In this document: positions 1 to 7,906 of the stretch, one piece after another
Layout of the letters: every line of letters begins with the position of its first letter
Numbering within the stretch: the stretch's first letter is position 1
NCBI GenBank assembly: GCA_963666835.2
Contig: CAXXGO010000003.1
Span: 128,001 to 192,000 of the forward strand
Origin: Phycisphaerae bacterium
GTDB taxonomy: Bacteria; Planctomycetota; Phycisphaerae; UBA1845
Direction: 5' to 3'
DNA length: 64,000 nucleotides
The notes under the pieces: generated by a model
Told to the model about the DNA's origin: nothing
The model's input: the letters and a program-made list of their open reading frames with translations, nothing else
The model's database searches: none
Made by a program: the position numbers and the translations under genes

Positions 1-3000
1 AGGCGTTGCCAAGAGAGTCACCGAGATCATATCAGGCACAAACGCGCTCCGGTATTCGTCCGGCATTGCTGTAGACACGTCGGGCAACGTCTACGTCACT
101 GGAGTCTTGAGCGGGAATGCCTTCAAGATAACACCGAATGGGGCCATCACCGAGATCGTCGGGTGGACTGGAGACGGAGGCGGGAACACCCTTGCCGGAC
201 CCCGGGCCGTCGCAGCGGACGACTTCGGCAACGTCTACGTGGCGGGTTCCGACAGCAACAACGTCTTGAAGATCGCGCCGGACGGGGCCATCACCGAGAT
301 TATCGACTATGCGGGCGATGGCAACGGGAACACGCTTTCCTGGCCTGAGGCCGTTGTCGTAGACGGTTTCGGCAACGTCTTCGTCGCTGGTGAGTACAGC
401 GACAACGCCTTCAAGATAACGCCGACCGGCGTTATCACCGAAATCATCGATTCAAATGGTGACGGCAACGGAAATACGCTTGATGGACCTCGTGGCATCG
501 CCACGGACGGCTTCGGCAACGTCTACGTGGGTGGCTTCAGTAGCGATAACGTCTTGAGGATCGCGCCGAACGGGACCGTCACGGAGATTATCGACTACGC
601 TGGGGATGGTGCGGGGAACAAGCTTGACGGTCCATTCGGCATCGCCGTAGACACCTCCGACAACGTCTACGTTACAGCGTGCAACAGCGAGAACACCTTC
701 AGAATCACGCCGGATGGGGCCATCATTGAGATTATCGACTCAACTGGCGATGGCACCGGGAATGCACTCTCTGAACCTGAGGCCATTGCCGTGGATGACT
801 TCGGCAACGTCTACGTTGTGGGGTCTCTCAGCTCTAACGTCTTCAGGATCACTCCGGAGGGTATCATCATCGAGATTATCGACTCGACCGGCGATGGTGG
901 TGGAAACGTGCTTGATGCCCCGGAGACCGTTGCCGCAGACGACTTCGGCAACGTCTTCGTAGCTGGTTACTGGAGCGACAACGCTTTCAAGATCACACCG
1001 GATGGCTTGATTACCGAGATCATCGATTCGATTGGCGACGGCGTGAGGAACGAGCTTCGGCACCCAAACGACATTGCCGTGGACGCATCGCACGGCGTCA
1101 TCGTCACTGGGCTGGACAGCGACAATGTCTTCAGGGTTTCGCCGGAGGGGCTCATCACGGAGATAATCGATGCGACCGGCGACGGCATGGGCAGTATGCT
1201 CAACGCACCCGAGAGCACCGCCACAGACGACTCGGGCAACGTCTACGTTACTGGATATTGGAGCAATAACGCCTTCCGGATCGCACCCGACGGGAACGTC
1301 ACAGAGATTATCGACGTAACCGGCGACGGCATGGGAAACGAGCTTGTCTTGGCGCACGATGTCGCCGTGGATGACTGGGGTAACGTCTTTGTCACTGGCT
1401 ATTGGAGCAACAATGCCTTCAAGATCACTCCGGATGGGATCGTCACCGCGATAATTAACTGGACCGGCGATGGTGGTGGAAACGTGCTTGATTCCCCGGA
1501 GACCATTGCCGCAGACGACTTCGGCAACATCTTCGTAGCTGGTTACTGGAGCGACAACGCGTTCCGGATCACGGCGGACGGGACCATCACGGAGATCATA
1601 GACTCGACTGGGGACGGCATGGGGAATAGGTTTAGTTCCCCGTCCAGCATCACCGTTGACGCTGCTGGCAACGTATTTGTCGCTGGTGAAGATAGCGACA
1701 ACGTTCTCAGGATCACACCAGCGGGGGCCATTCACGAGATAATCGACTCTGCCGGCGACGGTACGGGGAATGGGCTCAGTTCTCCATCGAGCATTACCGT
1801 TGACACTTCCGGCAATGTCCTCGTTGTTGGAGAAGAGAGCGAGAACGCCTTCAGAATCGCGCCGGATGGCGCTATCACTGAGATTATCGACTCAACTGGC
1901 GATGGCGTGTGGAGAAGACTCCGCGGTCCGCACGCCATCAGCGTAGACGAGTTCGGAAACGCGTACGTCACCGGAGTCGGAAGCGACAATGCTTTCAAGA
2001 TCACACCGGAAGGGGGTATTACCGAGATCATCAACTGGACAGGCGGCTCCGGCGCCCGGGTGCTTGACGCTCCGAGCGCCATCGCCGTGGATGACTCGGG
2101 CAACGTCTACGTCGTTGGAGGGGAAAGCGACAACGCGGTTCAGATCACACCGGACGGGATCATCACTGAAATCATCGACTCGACGGGTGATGGCAACGGG
2201 CACGCGCTTGACGCTCCGAGCGCCATCGCCGTGGATGACTTCGGCAACGTCTACGTCACCGGACGCTTGAGCGACAACGTCTTCACGATCAAGCCGGAGG
2301 GGATCATCACGGAGATCATCGATTCAAATGGTGACGGCATGGGGACCGAGCTTGCCTCTCTGAACAGCGTCGCCGTAGATGACCTCGGCAACGTTTACGT
2401 CACCGGACGCTACAGCCACAACGCCGTCAAGATTACACCGGATGGGGTGATTACCGAGATCATCGACTCGACTGGTGATGGCAACGGGAACACACTTTCC
2501 ACACCCCAGGCGATCGTCGTGGATGACCTCGGCAACGTCCTCGTCGCTGGGGGCAACAACGCCTTCAGGATTACCCCGGATGGCGTAGTGACTCAGATCA
2601 TCGATTCTGCGGGCGACGGTACGGGGAATGTACTCAGTATCCCATCGAGCATTGCCGTAGACAACGCCGGTAACGCTTACGTCGCTGCCCAGATAAGCAA
2701 CAACGCCTTCAAGATCACGCCGGATGGTCTGATCACCGAGATCATCGACTCGAATGGCGATGGCATGGGGAACGGGCTTTCCTGGGCGCACAGTATTGCA
2801 GTAGACGACGCGGGTAACGCTTACGTTGCTGCCCACAACAACGCTTTCAGGATCACGCCGGATGGGGTAATCACCGAGATCATCGACCAAACTGGTGACG
2901 GGGCGGGGAACGGGCTGGCCAGCCCGAGCGGAATTGCCGTAGACGATTCGGGCAATGTGTACGTCGCGGGGTCAGGAAGTGACAACGCCTTTAAGATCGA

Positions 3001-3169
3001 ACTGTGCGACACGCTCAGTGACTATCCCCTGTTCGAAGACTGCTGGGCTGCGAGCGGGCCGGGGGTGGTTGTTGACGAGAGTTGTGCGTGCCCCGACGAT
3101 GATGCCGACGGGGACGTGGACCTGGCTGACTTCGCGCGGTTTCAGTTGACGCTCGTGGGGGCGTCGTGA
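1..3169 (+). CDS. Large secreted/surface beta-propeller repeat protein (SBBP/NHL-like, about 20 x 48 aa) with C-terminal dockerin/EF-hand-like motif; 5'-truncated by the window edge
   Basis: Frame is open from nt 2 (GVAKRVTEII...) into the 107..3169 ORF; repeat consensus ITPDGxITEIIDSTGDGxGNxLxxPxxIAVDDxGNVYVxGxxSDNAFK; tail DDDADGDVDLADFARFQ. Confidence 0.85.
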   Translation, partial: GVAKRVTEIISGTNALRYSSGIAVDTSGNVYVTGVLSGNAFKITPNGAITEIVGWTGDGGGNTLAGPRAVAADDFGNVYVAGSDSNNVLKIAPDGAITEIIDYAGDGNGNTLSWPEAVVVDGFGNVFVAGEYSDNAFKITPTGVITEIIDSNGDGNGNTLDGPRGIATDGFGNVYVGGFSSDNVLRIAPNGTVTEIIDYAGDGAGNKLDGPFGIAVDTSDNVYVTACNSENTFRITPDGAIIEIIDSTGDGTGNALSEPEAIAVDDFGNVYVVGSLSSNVFRITPEGIIIEIIDSTGDGGGNVLDAPETVAADDFGNVFVAGYWSDNAFKITPDGLITEIIDSIGDGVRNELRHPNDIAVDASHGVIVTGLDSDNVFRVSPEGLITEIIDATGDGMGSMLNAPESTATDDSGNVYVTGYWSNNAFRIAPDGNVTEIIDVTGDGMGNELVLAHDVAVDDWGNVFVTGYWSNNAFKITPDGIVTAIINWTGDGGGNVLDSPETIAADDFGNIFVAGYWSDNAFRITADGTITEIIDSTGDGMGNRFSSPSSITVDAAGNVFVAGEDSDNVLRITPAGAIHEIIDSAGDGTGNGLSSPSSITVDTSGNVLVVGEESENAFRIAPDGAITEIIDSTGDGVWRRLRGPHAISVDEFGNAYVTGVGSDNAFKITPEGGITEIINWTGGSGARVLDAPSAIAVDDSGNVYVVGGESDNAVQITPDGIITEIIDSTGDGNGHALDAPSAIAVDDFGNVYVTGRLSDNVFTIKPEGIITEIIDSNGDGMGTELASLNSVAVDDLGNVYVTGRYSHNAVKITPDGVITEIIDSTGDGNGNTLSTPQAIVVDDLGNVLVAGGNNAFRITPDGVVTQIIDSAGDGTGNVLSIPSSIAVDNAGNAYVAAQISNNAFKITPDGLITEIIDSNGDGMGNGLSWAHSIAVDDAGNAYVAAHNNAFRITPDGVITEIIDQTGDGAGNGLASPSGIAVDDSGNVYVAGSGSDNAFKIELCDTLSDYPLFEDCWAASGPGVVVDESCACPDDDADGDVDLADFARFQLTLVGAS

Positions 3170-3255
3170 ACGGCGCCGGGTGATCGGGCGGGTTGCCGCC
3201 ATGCGACGAAGGCAGGCCTGCGGTGAATGCGGATTCGGCTGCTGCTGCGAGGGTC

Positions 3256-3939
3256 ATGAACATGTTTTTCTTGCTGATCGGGGAAGTGAGAGTGTGGCGG
3301 CTTCTGGTTGTCGTCGGGCTGGCGGGGCTGCTGTCGGGTTGTGGGCTTGCCCATCGGTTGCCGTTGCACGCCGAGTACCAGCGGATTGAGTTGGGCGAGC
3401 GGGTCCCGCCGGAGATAGACTGCGATGCGCATACGCCCAAGAGCCTCTACTCCGATTGGGGGTGGGCGACGGGGGCGAAGGAGTGCTATGGAATTGTCAC
3501 AGACGAAGCGGAGCGCGTCGTTGCGAAAAAGTACCAGGTAAGCGGAGAAGAGGGTTCGTTGCTTCTGCTGTGGTACCGGGGTCGGTATTGGACCGAATGG
3601 TCTGTGCTGCTTCCGAAGGACATCGACCCTCACGACGCGTCAGCGGTCTTGCCGATTCTCCGGGAACGGTGTGCGCAGCTTGATTCGATCGGGAAAGGGC
3701 AATCCTCGGACGAGTTGCTTGACCTCGCCGCCGAAGAAGGCGATTGGGGCGACGCGCGCATTTGCCTGAAGAAGACCATCAGGAAGAAGGCGTTTCCGGC
3801 CAACAAGCGAACTCTGTGGCGGGTCGAGCGGCCCCGAGAAGACGCCGTTCGGATCCTGAACGAGGACCGCGTTGATGTCTCGCTTGTTGTGTGGGCGCTG
3901 CGCGGCTACTCCGCGATGACGAAGGGGCGTTTTCCCTAG
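3256..3939 (+). CDS. Hypothetical lipoprotein
   Basis: Hydrophobic stretch ending in lipobox-like LLSGC; start codon uncertain. Confidence 0.55.
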   Translation: MNMFFLLIGEVRVWRLLVVVGLAGLLSGCGLAHRLPLHAEYQRIELGERVPPEIDCDAHTPKSLYSDWGWATGAKECYGIVTDEAERVVAKKYQVSGEEGSLLLLWYRGRYWTEWSVLLPKDIDPHDASAVLPILRERCAQLDSIGKGQSSDELLDLAAEEGDWGDARICLKKTIRKKAFPANKRTLWRVERPREDAVRILNEDRVDVSLVVWALRGYSAMTKGRFP

Positions 3940-3981
3940 GCGGGATTACTCACGACGTTCACATGAATGCGCGTAGTCTGC

Positions 3982-4168
3982 TGTAGCGCCATCCCACGTT
4001 GGGTGGCGTCACAGTGGCACAGCGCGCTTCCACGAAAGAACGCCCGGTTCATCGACGCCGTCTCTTTCACCCTGTCAGGGTGATTGGGATTGTTGGGACT
4101 CCACCCGGGGGCGGCGTCCGCTGCGCGGCCTTGCCCCCGGCTATTGTCTTGTAGGCTTTCAGCCTGAA
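3982..4168. repeat. REP-like palindrome cluster
   Basis: GTAG followed by hairpin CGCCATCCCA/TGGGTGGCG; then the triple hairpin CACCCTGTCAGGGTG ... CCGGGGGC/GCCCCCGG ... AGGCTTTCAGCCT. Confidence 0.55.
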
Positions 4169-4207
4169 CACCGAGCCGGCGGCGGTTATCGCGCCCACCC
4201 GCGGCAA

Positions 4208-4329
4208 CTTCCGCCCGCCTCGCATAGCCGGTCGCACCCGCCCTCGGCAGCGTCCGTCCGGCTCGTATGGGCGGTCGTACCCTCTCTCGGTAGCTTCCGC
4301 CCGCCTCGCATAGCCGGTCGCGCCCGCCC
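4208..4329. repeat. Degenerate 43-bp tandem repeat, about 3 copies
   Basis: CTTCCGCCCGCCTCGCATAGCCGGTCGC at 4208 and 4294, with a diverged copy at 4251. Confidence 0.75.
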
Positions 4330-4409
4330 GACAAGACCGATGTGGCGGTCCGTGCCGCTGCCAACCGACACCATCATCATCCCACAACGTCTGACCACGT
4401 CTTACATGG

Positions 4410-4444
4410 TGCTACTTGTGGACGTAGTAGCAATACATCATACT
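4410..4444 (+). promoter_or_regulatory. Inverted repeat TGCTACT-N9-AGTAGCA overlapping a putative promoter (candidate TrmB autoregulatory operator)
   Basis: Perfect 7-bp arms at 4410-4416 and 4426-4432; TTGTGG-N17-CATACT just before the ATG at 4451. Confidence 0.45.
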
Positions 4445-4450
4445 AAGAGC

Positions 4451-5317
4451 ATGAAGACATCACCGATAGACCTGCTGCAGAGGCTGGGGCTCAACCACTT
4501 AGAGGCCGAGGTGTACGCCTTGCTGCTCGGCTGTGGGGAGCCGACGACGGCGTACGGGATCGGCAAGGCGTTGGGCAAGCCCACGGCCAACGTCTACAAG
4601 GCTATCGAGGCGCTGGCCCGCAAGGGGGCGGTCATCGTCGAGGAGGGCGAGCCGCGGTTGTGCCGCCCGATTCCGGCGGACGAGTTCATAAGCCAACTGA
4701 AGGCCGAGTTTCTCGATACGGCCGATCGGGCGAGCCTGGGGTTGTCAGATCTCGGGGAGCCGGCCCCGGACGAGGGCGTATATCGGCTCGAATCGGTCTC
4801 GCTCATCCTGGAGCGGTGCCGCCTGATGCTCCAACGTGCTGAGCGGATCGCGGTTGTCGATGCGTTTCCGCAGGCTCTTCAGGCCGTTCGACCGGATCTC
4901 GCCGCGGCCGCATCGCGCGGCGTGGAGCTGTACGTTCAGGCGTATAAACCCACGCGAATCCGCGGGGCGCACGTAGTCGAGACCCGGCAAAGTGCAGAGA
5001 TACTCGAGCACTGGAGAAGTCAGCAGCTCAACTGCGTAATCGACGGGCGTGAGGCGTTGCTGGCGCTATTGCACGATGGCCTGTCGGGCGTTCATCAAGC
5101 GATCTGGACCGGCAGCCTGTTTCTATCCGGGGTGATGCTCGCCGGATTCCTACGCGAACACGTCTTCCACCAGATCGCGGCCGTGGATCGGCGCGGCGGG
5201 TTGCCGGCGTCACTGCGGAAGTTGTTTCGGGATCATCCCGGATTCCATACCACGGATATTCCCGGCCACAGACTGTTGTTCTCACAACTTGGACTACGAG
5301 GGGGATTGGGGAAATGA
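4451..5317 (+). CDS. TrmB family transcriptional regulator
   Basis: N-terminal wHTH (LGLNHLEAEVYALLL...TAYGIGKALGKPTANVYKAIEALARKG) plus C-terminal effector domain (VIDGREAL). Confidence 0.85.
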   Translation: MKTSPIDLLQRLGLNHLEAEVYALLLGCGEPTTAYGIGKALGKPTANVYKAIEALARKGAVIVEEGEPRLCRPIPADEFISQLKAEFLDTADRASLGLSDLGEPAPDEGVYRLESVSLILERCRLMLQRAERIAVVDAFPQALQAVRPDLAAAASRGVELYVQAYKPTRIRGAHVVETRQSAEILEHWRSQQLNCVIDGREALLALLHDGLSGVHQAIWTGSLFLSGVMLAGFLREHVFHQIAAVDRRGGLPASLRKLFRDHPGFHTTDIPGHRLLFSQLGLRGGLGK

Positions 5318-6054
5318 AGTACCTTACGCGGATCGGCTTGGCGGCGGTGATGTTCGCAGTGGTTTACGGCGGGGGGCTGTATGTCGTTCCTCCGTTGGTG
5401 TACCGAGCGGGGCTGATGGGCTATTGCCCGTGGCTCAAGGGCACCAGCTTGGTCTCGCAGTTGACGTTTCTGATACTGTCATTGGGGCTGACGGCATTGG
5501 TTGCCCGAGGCAGGTTCGCCTCGTATGGATGGCGGCTGGTGGCCGTGCGGAAGCTGGTCATGCCGATTGTGATCAGTACTCTGGCGACGCTGCTGTTGAT
5601 GGCTCCGATGATAATCTCGGCATTTATGGCTCCGGAGGAAGCTGCTGAGCAGCCCGGTTCGGAACCGCGCGGTCCGATGTCGAAGAACCTGCTGCACACG
5701 ATCATCTTCGTCTGGATCATTGCGAGCACCTGCGAGGAGGTGTTCTACCGAGGACTTTTGCAGAGTTTCCTGGCGCCGCTGGGGGTCTTTGCTCTCAAGA
5801 TCCGCAGTGTCCGGATCAGCCTGCCGGTGGTCCTCTGCGGACTGACATTCGGGCTCGGCCACCTGTGTCTTAGGGGGATGATCCCGACGCCGATGCTGGC
5901 CAGCATTCTGATCTTCACCACTGTCGGCGGCCTCATTGCCGGTTATTACCGCGAGAAGACGGGAAGCCTCATCCCAGCTATCGCGGCCCACATGACGTGC
6001 AACGTCGTCGGCACCATGGTGCCGGTTGTTCTCAACTTTCTGGCGACAAGCTAA
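5314..6054 (+). CDS. CPBP (CAAX protease/Abi) family intramembrane metalloprotease
   Basis: Motifs EEVFYRG, FGLGH, AHMTCN; multiple TM segments; ATGA overlap with trmB. Confidence 0.9.
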   Translation: MKYLTRIGLAAVMFAVVYGGGLYVVPPLVYRAGLMGYCPWLKGTSLVSQLTFLILSLGLTALVARGRFASYGWRLVAVRKLVMPIVISTLATLLLMAPMIISAFMAPEEAAEQPGSEPRGPMSKNLLHTIIFVWIIASTCEEVFYRGLLQSFLAPLGVFALKIRSVRISLPVVLCGLTFGLGHLCLRGMIPTPMLASILIFTTVGGLIAGYYREKTGSLIPAIAAHMTCNVVGTMVPVVLNFLATS

Positions 6055-6148
6055 TCCGCGCCGGCTGGCGACAGGCCGATTGGCGCGTTGTGGACTGACA
6101 TCTTCACGGCTCCTATCATATTGAATGTCCGGAAAGGAGTTGTGCGTG

Positions 6149-6340
6149 ATGATTAACAGCAAAAAGACCATCTTGGGCCGAATTGCGGCCCTTCGGGAAA
6201 GAGACCCACCGGTTTTCGACTGCAGTGACGCATCGAGCATGGCGACTGCAATTCGAGAGACATCACGGGAGTTGGTTAAGCGTAATCGCGAGCTGCTTGC
6301 GGTTCTAGCTGACGTAGTCGAACTGATCGAGAGTAGGTGA
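6149..6340 (+). CDS. Small hypothetical protein (coiled-coil-like)
   Basis: Strong RBS AAAGGAG upstream; 63-aa ORF. Confidence 0.5.
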   Translation: MINSKKTILGRIAALRERDPPVFDCSDASSMATAIRETSRELVKRNRELLAVLADVVELIESR

Positions 6341-6440
6341 CTTACCATCCGAGGCCGCATCGAAACCGGTTCTGTGTGGGAAAGTGTCCGATTCTCGGTT
6401 TGATTGTGCGGTTTCGCCACTGCTTTCGAGCAGTGCAGGG

Positions 6441-6761
6441 TGTAGGGCAGGTCGAGGTACGAGACCTGCCGCGGTTTTCGCGCGTCGTGGGCTATTGCGG
6501 CACGTCTCGTACCTCGACCTGGTCTACAGGGGTGCCGTTGGGGTGGCATGGGTCAACTTGTTGACCCGTGGGGTGTAATGCGGTGGGGCATAAGTGTGGG
6601 GCGGGTCGCTTACGCTCGCCGTACTGATTGCGACGCCGGCACGTAACGCAGGCATCCTGCCTGCAGCATCTCGCGTAACGCACCGAACGACATCGTTTGC
6701 CCAACATGGCTTCGGACAACGCGCGCCGTTGCGGCAGGTCTCGTGCCTCGACCTGCCCTAC
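6441..6761. repeat. REP cluster: inverted GTAG-type REP pair (6441-6472 / 6497-6528), third copy (6731-6761), and other palindrome families
   Basis: GTAGGGCAGGTCGAGGTACGAGACCTGCCGC and its reverse complements; GGGTCAAC/GTTGACCC hairpin; GTAACGCAGGCATCCTGCCTGC at 6643. Confidence 0.75.
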
Positions 6762-6798
6762 GGATAGCGCGGCTTCGTAGTCGTTACGTATGGTAGTG

Positions 6799-7599
6799 CT
6801 ATTCCGGCGGCAGCATCCTATCCAGAACGCCACGCGCGTGGTCGAGGTCGGCGGCGGGGGTCTCCGTGTCGGTGCGGCGAATGATGTACGCTCCGCCGTA
6901 CGCGGCCGCGTCGAGCGTTACTACCATGCCTTCCAGGTCCACGTCGCCTTCTCCTAAGCGGGTCTCGCGGCCGGCGCGGTCTGCTGACCCGGACGTGGCA
7001 TCGCGCATATGCACCAACGGGATCCGGCCGGCGAAGCGTTCGACGATCTGAAACGGATTGGCCCCGGCCATGATCTGGGCGGCCGGGTCGAGGTTGACGC
7101 CGATCGAGGGGCAGCTCACCTCGTCCAGCAGGCGGACCAAACGGTCGGCGCTGTCACGGGAGGGGCGGACAGCGAAGATGGTTCCGCGTGAGTCCGCGAA
7201 TTCGCCGATCCGGCGCAGGGCTTCAACTGCCATTGGGGACGGCTCGCCGGTTTCCGGATGGGTGGTCGCCCCGATCGCGGCCGTGACGACCGGTACGCCC
7301 ATGTCCGCGGCCATCTCGAGTATCAGGCAGGTGAGAGCCACGCGCTCTTCCGCGGTTTTGGGGTCGGTTAGGCGCATCTGCGGCACGTCGGCGCGGAGGG
7401 CGGCCACGCTCAACCCCAAGCCGTCCACATAGCGGGACAGATGCCGGCGTCCGCTGGGAGAAAGCTGGGTCGGAGCCAGTTCTCCGGTGACCGTAGCGAA
7501 CTCCACGGCGCGGAACTGCAATTCGGCAGCGCGCCGCAGAGCTTCCTTGGTTGACATGCGGAAGTCGTCCACATCCACGCCGATGGCCGGTCTGCTCAT
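6799..7599 (-). CDS. Sugar phosphate isomerase/epimerase (xylose isomerase-like TIM barrel), metal ligands degenerate
   Basis: GVNLDPA, VHMRD, LGEGDVD motifs. Confidence 0.8.
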   Translation of the reverse strand: MSRPAIGVDVDDFRMSTKEALRRAAELQFRAVEFATVTGELAPTQLSPSGRRHLSRYVDGLGLSVAALRADVPQMRLTDPKTAEERVALTCLILEMAADMGVPVVTAAIGATTHPETGEPSPMAVEALRRIGEFADSRGTIFAVRPSRDSADRLVRLLDEVSCPSIGVNLDPAAQIMAGANPFQIVERFAGRIPLVHMRDATSGSADRAGRETRLGEGDVDLEGMVVTLDAAAYGGAYIIRRTDTETPAADLDHARGVLDRMLPPE

Positions 7600-7690
7600 A
7601 CGATTCTCGCTAACGGGGAATACCCCATCGAACTCGCTTCACGATATCTGCTGTTGTATCGATCCACAGGCCGTTGCCAAGCACCTGTCT

Positions 7691-7881
7691 TGGGTGCCAT
7701 GCCCACGCTTGCGTGGGCATGCTGGGATCGCGGAAGGCAAAAGAGTTTACAGGTAGACATGGCCACGCCGAGCCCGGCTCTACGGACCGGTGTTCCACAA
7801 ACCGCGTGGCCATGGCACCCCTGCCACGCCGAGCCCGGCTCGCGGGACCGGTGGTTCACCAATCGCGTGGCCATGGCACCC
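7691..7881. repeat. GGGTGCCATG-type palindromic repeats: one hairpin plus two about 60-bp tandem copies in opposite orientation
   Basis: GGGTGCCATGCCCACGCTTGCGTGGGCATG; GCCACGCCGAGCCCGGCTC...GCGTGGCCATGGCACCC at 7762-7820 and 7823-7881. Confidence 0.75.
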
Positions 7882-7906
7882 GTCATCCGTCACCCTTGTA
7901 CCGCGC

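Noticed and set aside
1..3169. Diversity-generating retroelement target
   Set aside because: No reverse transcriptase and no separate template repeat with adenine-specific differences in the window
4208..4329. Possible mini-CRISPR array
   Set aside because: The intervening sequence is a diverged copy of the repeat, not a unique spacer; no cas genes nearby
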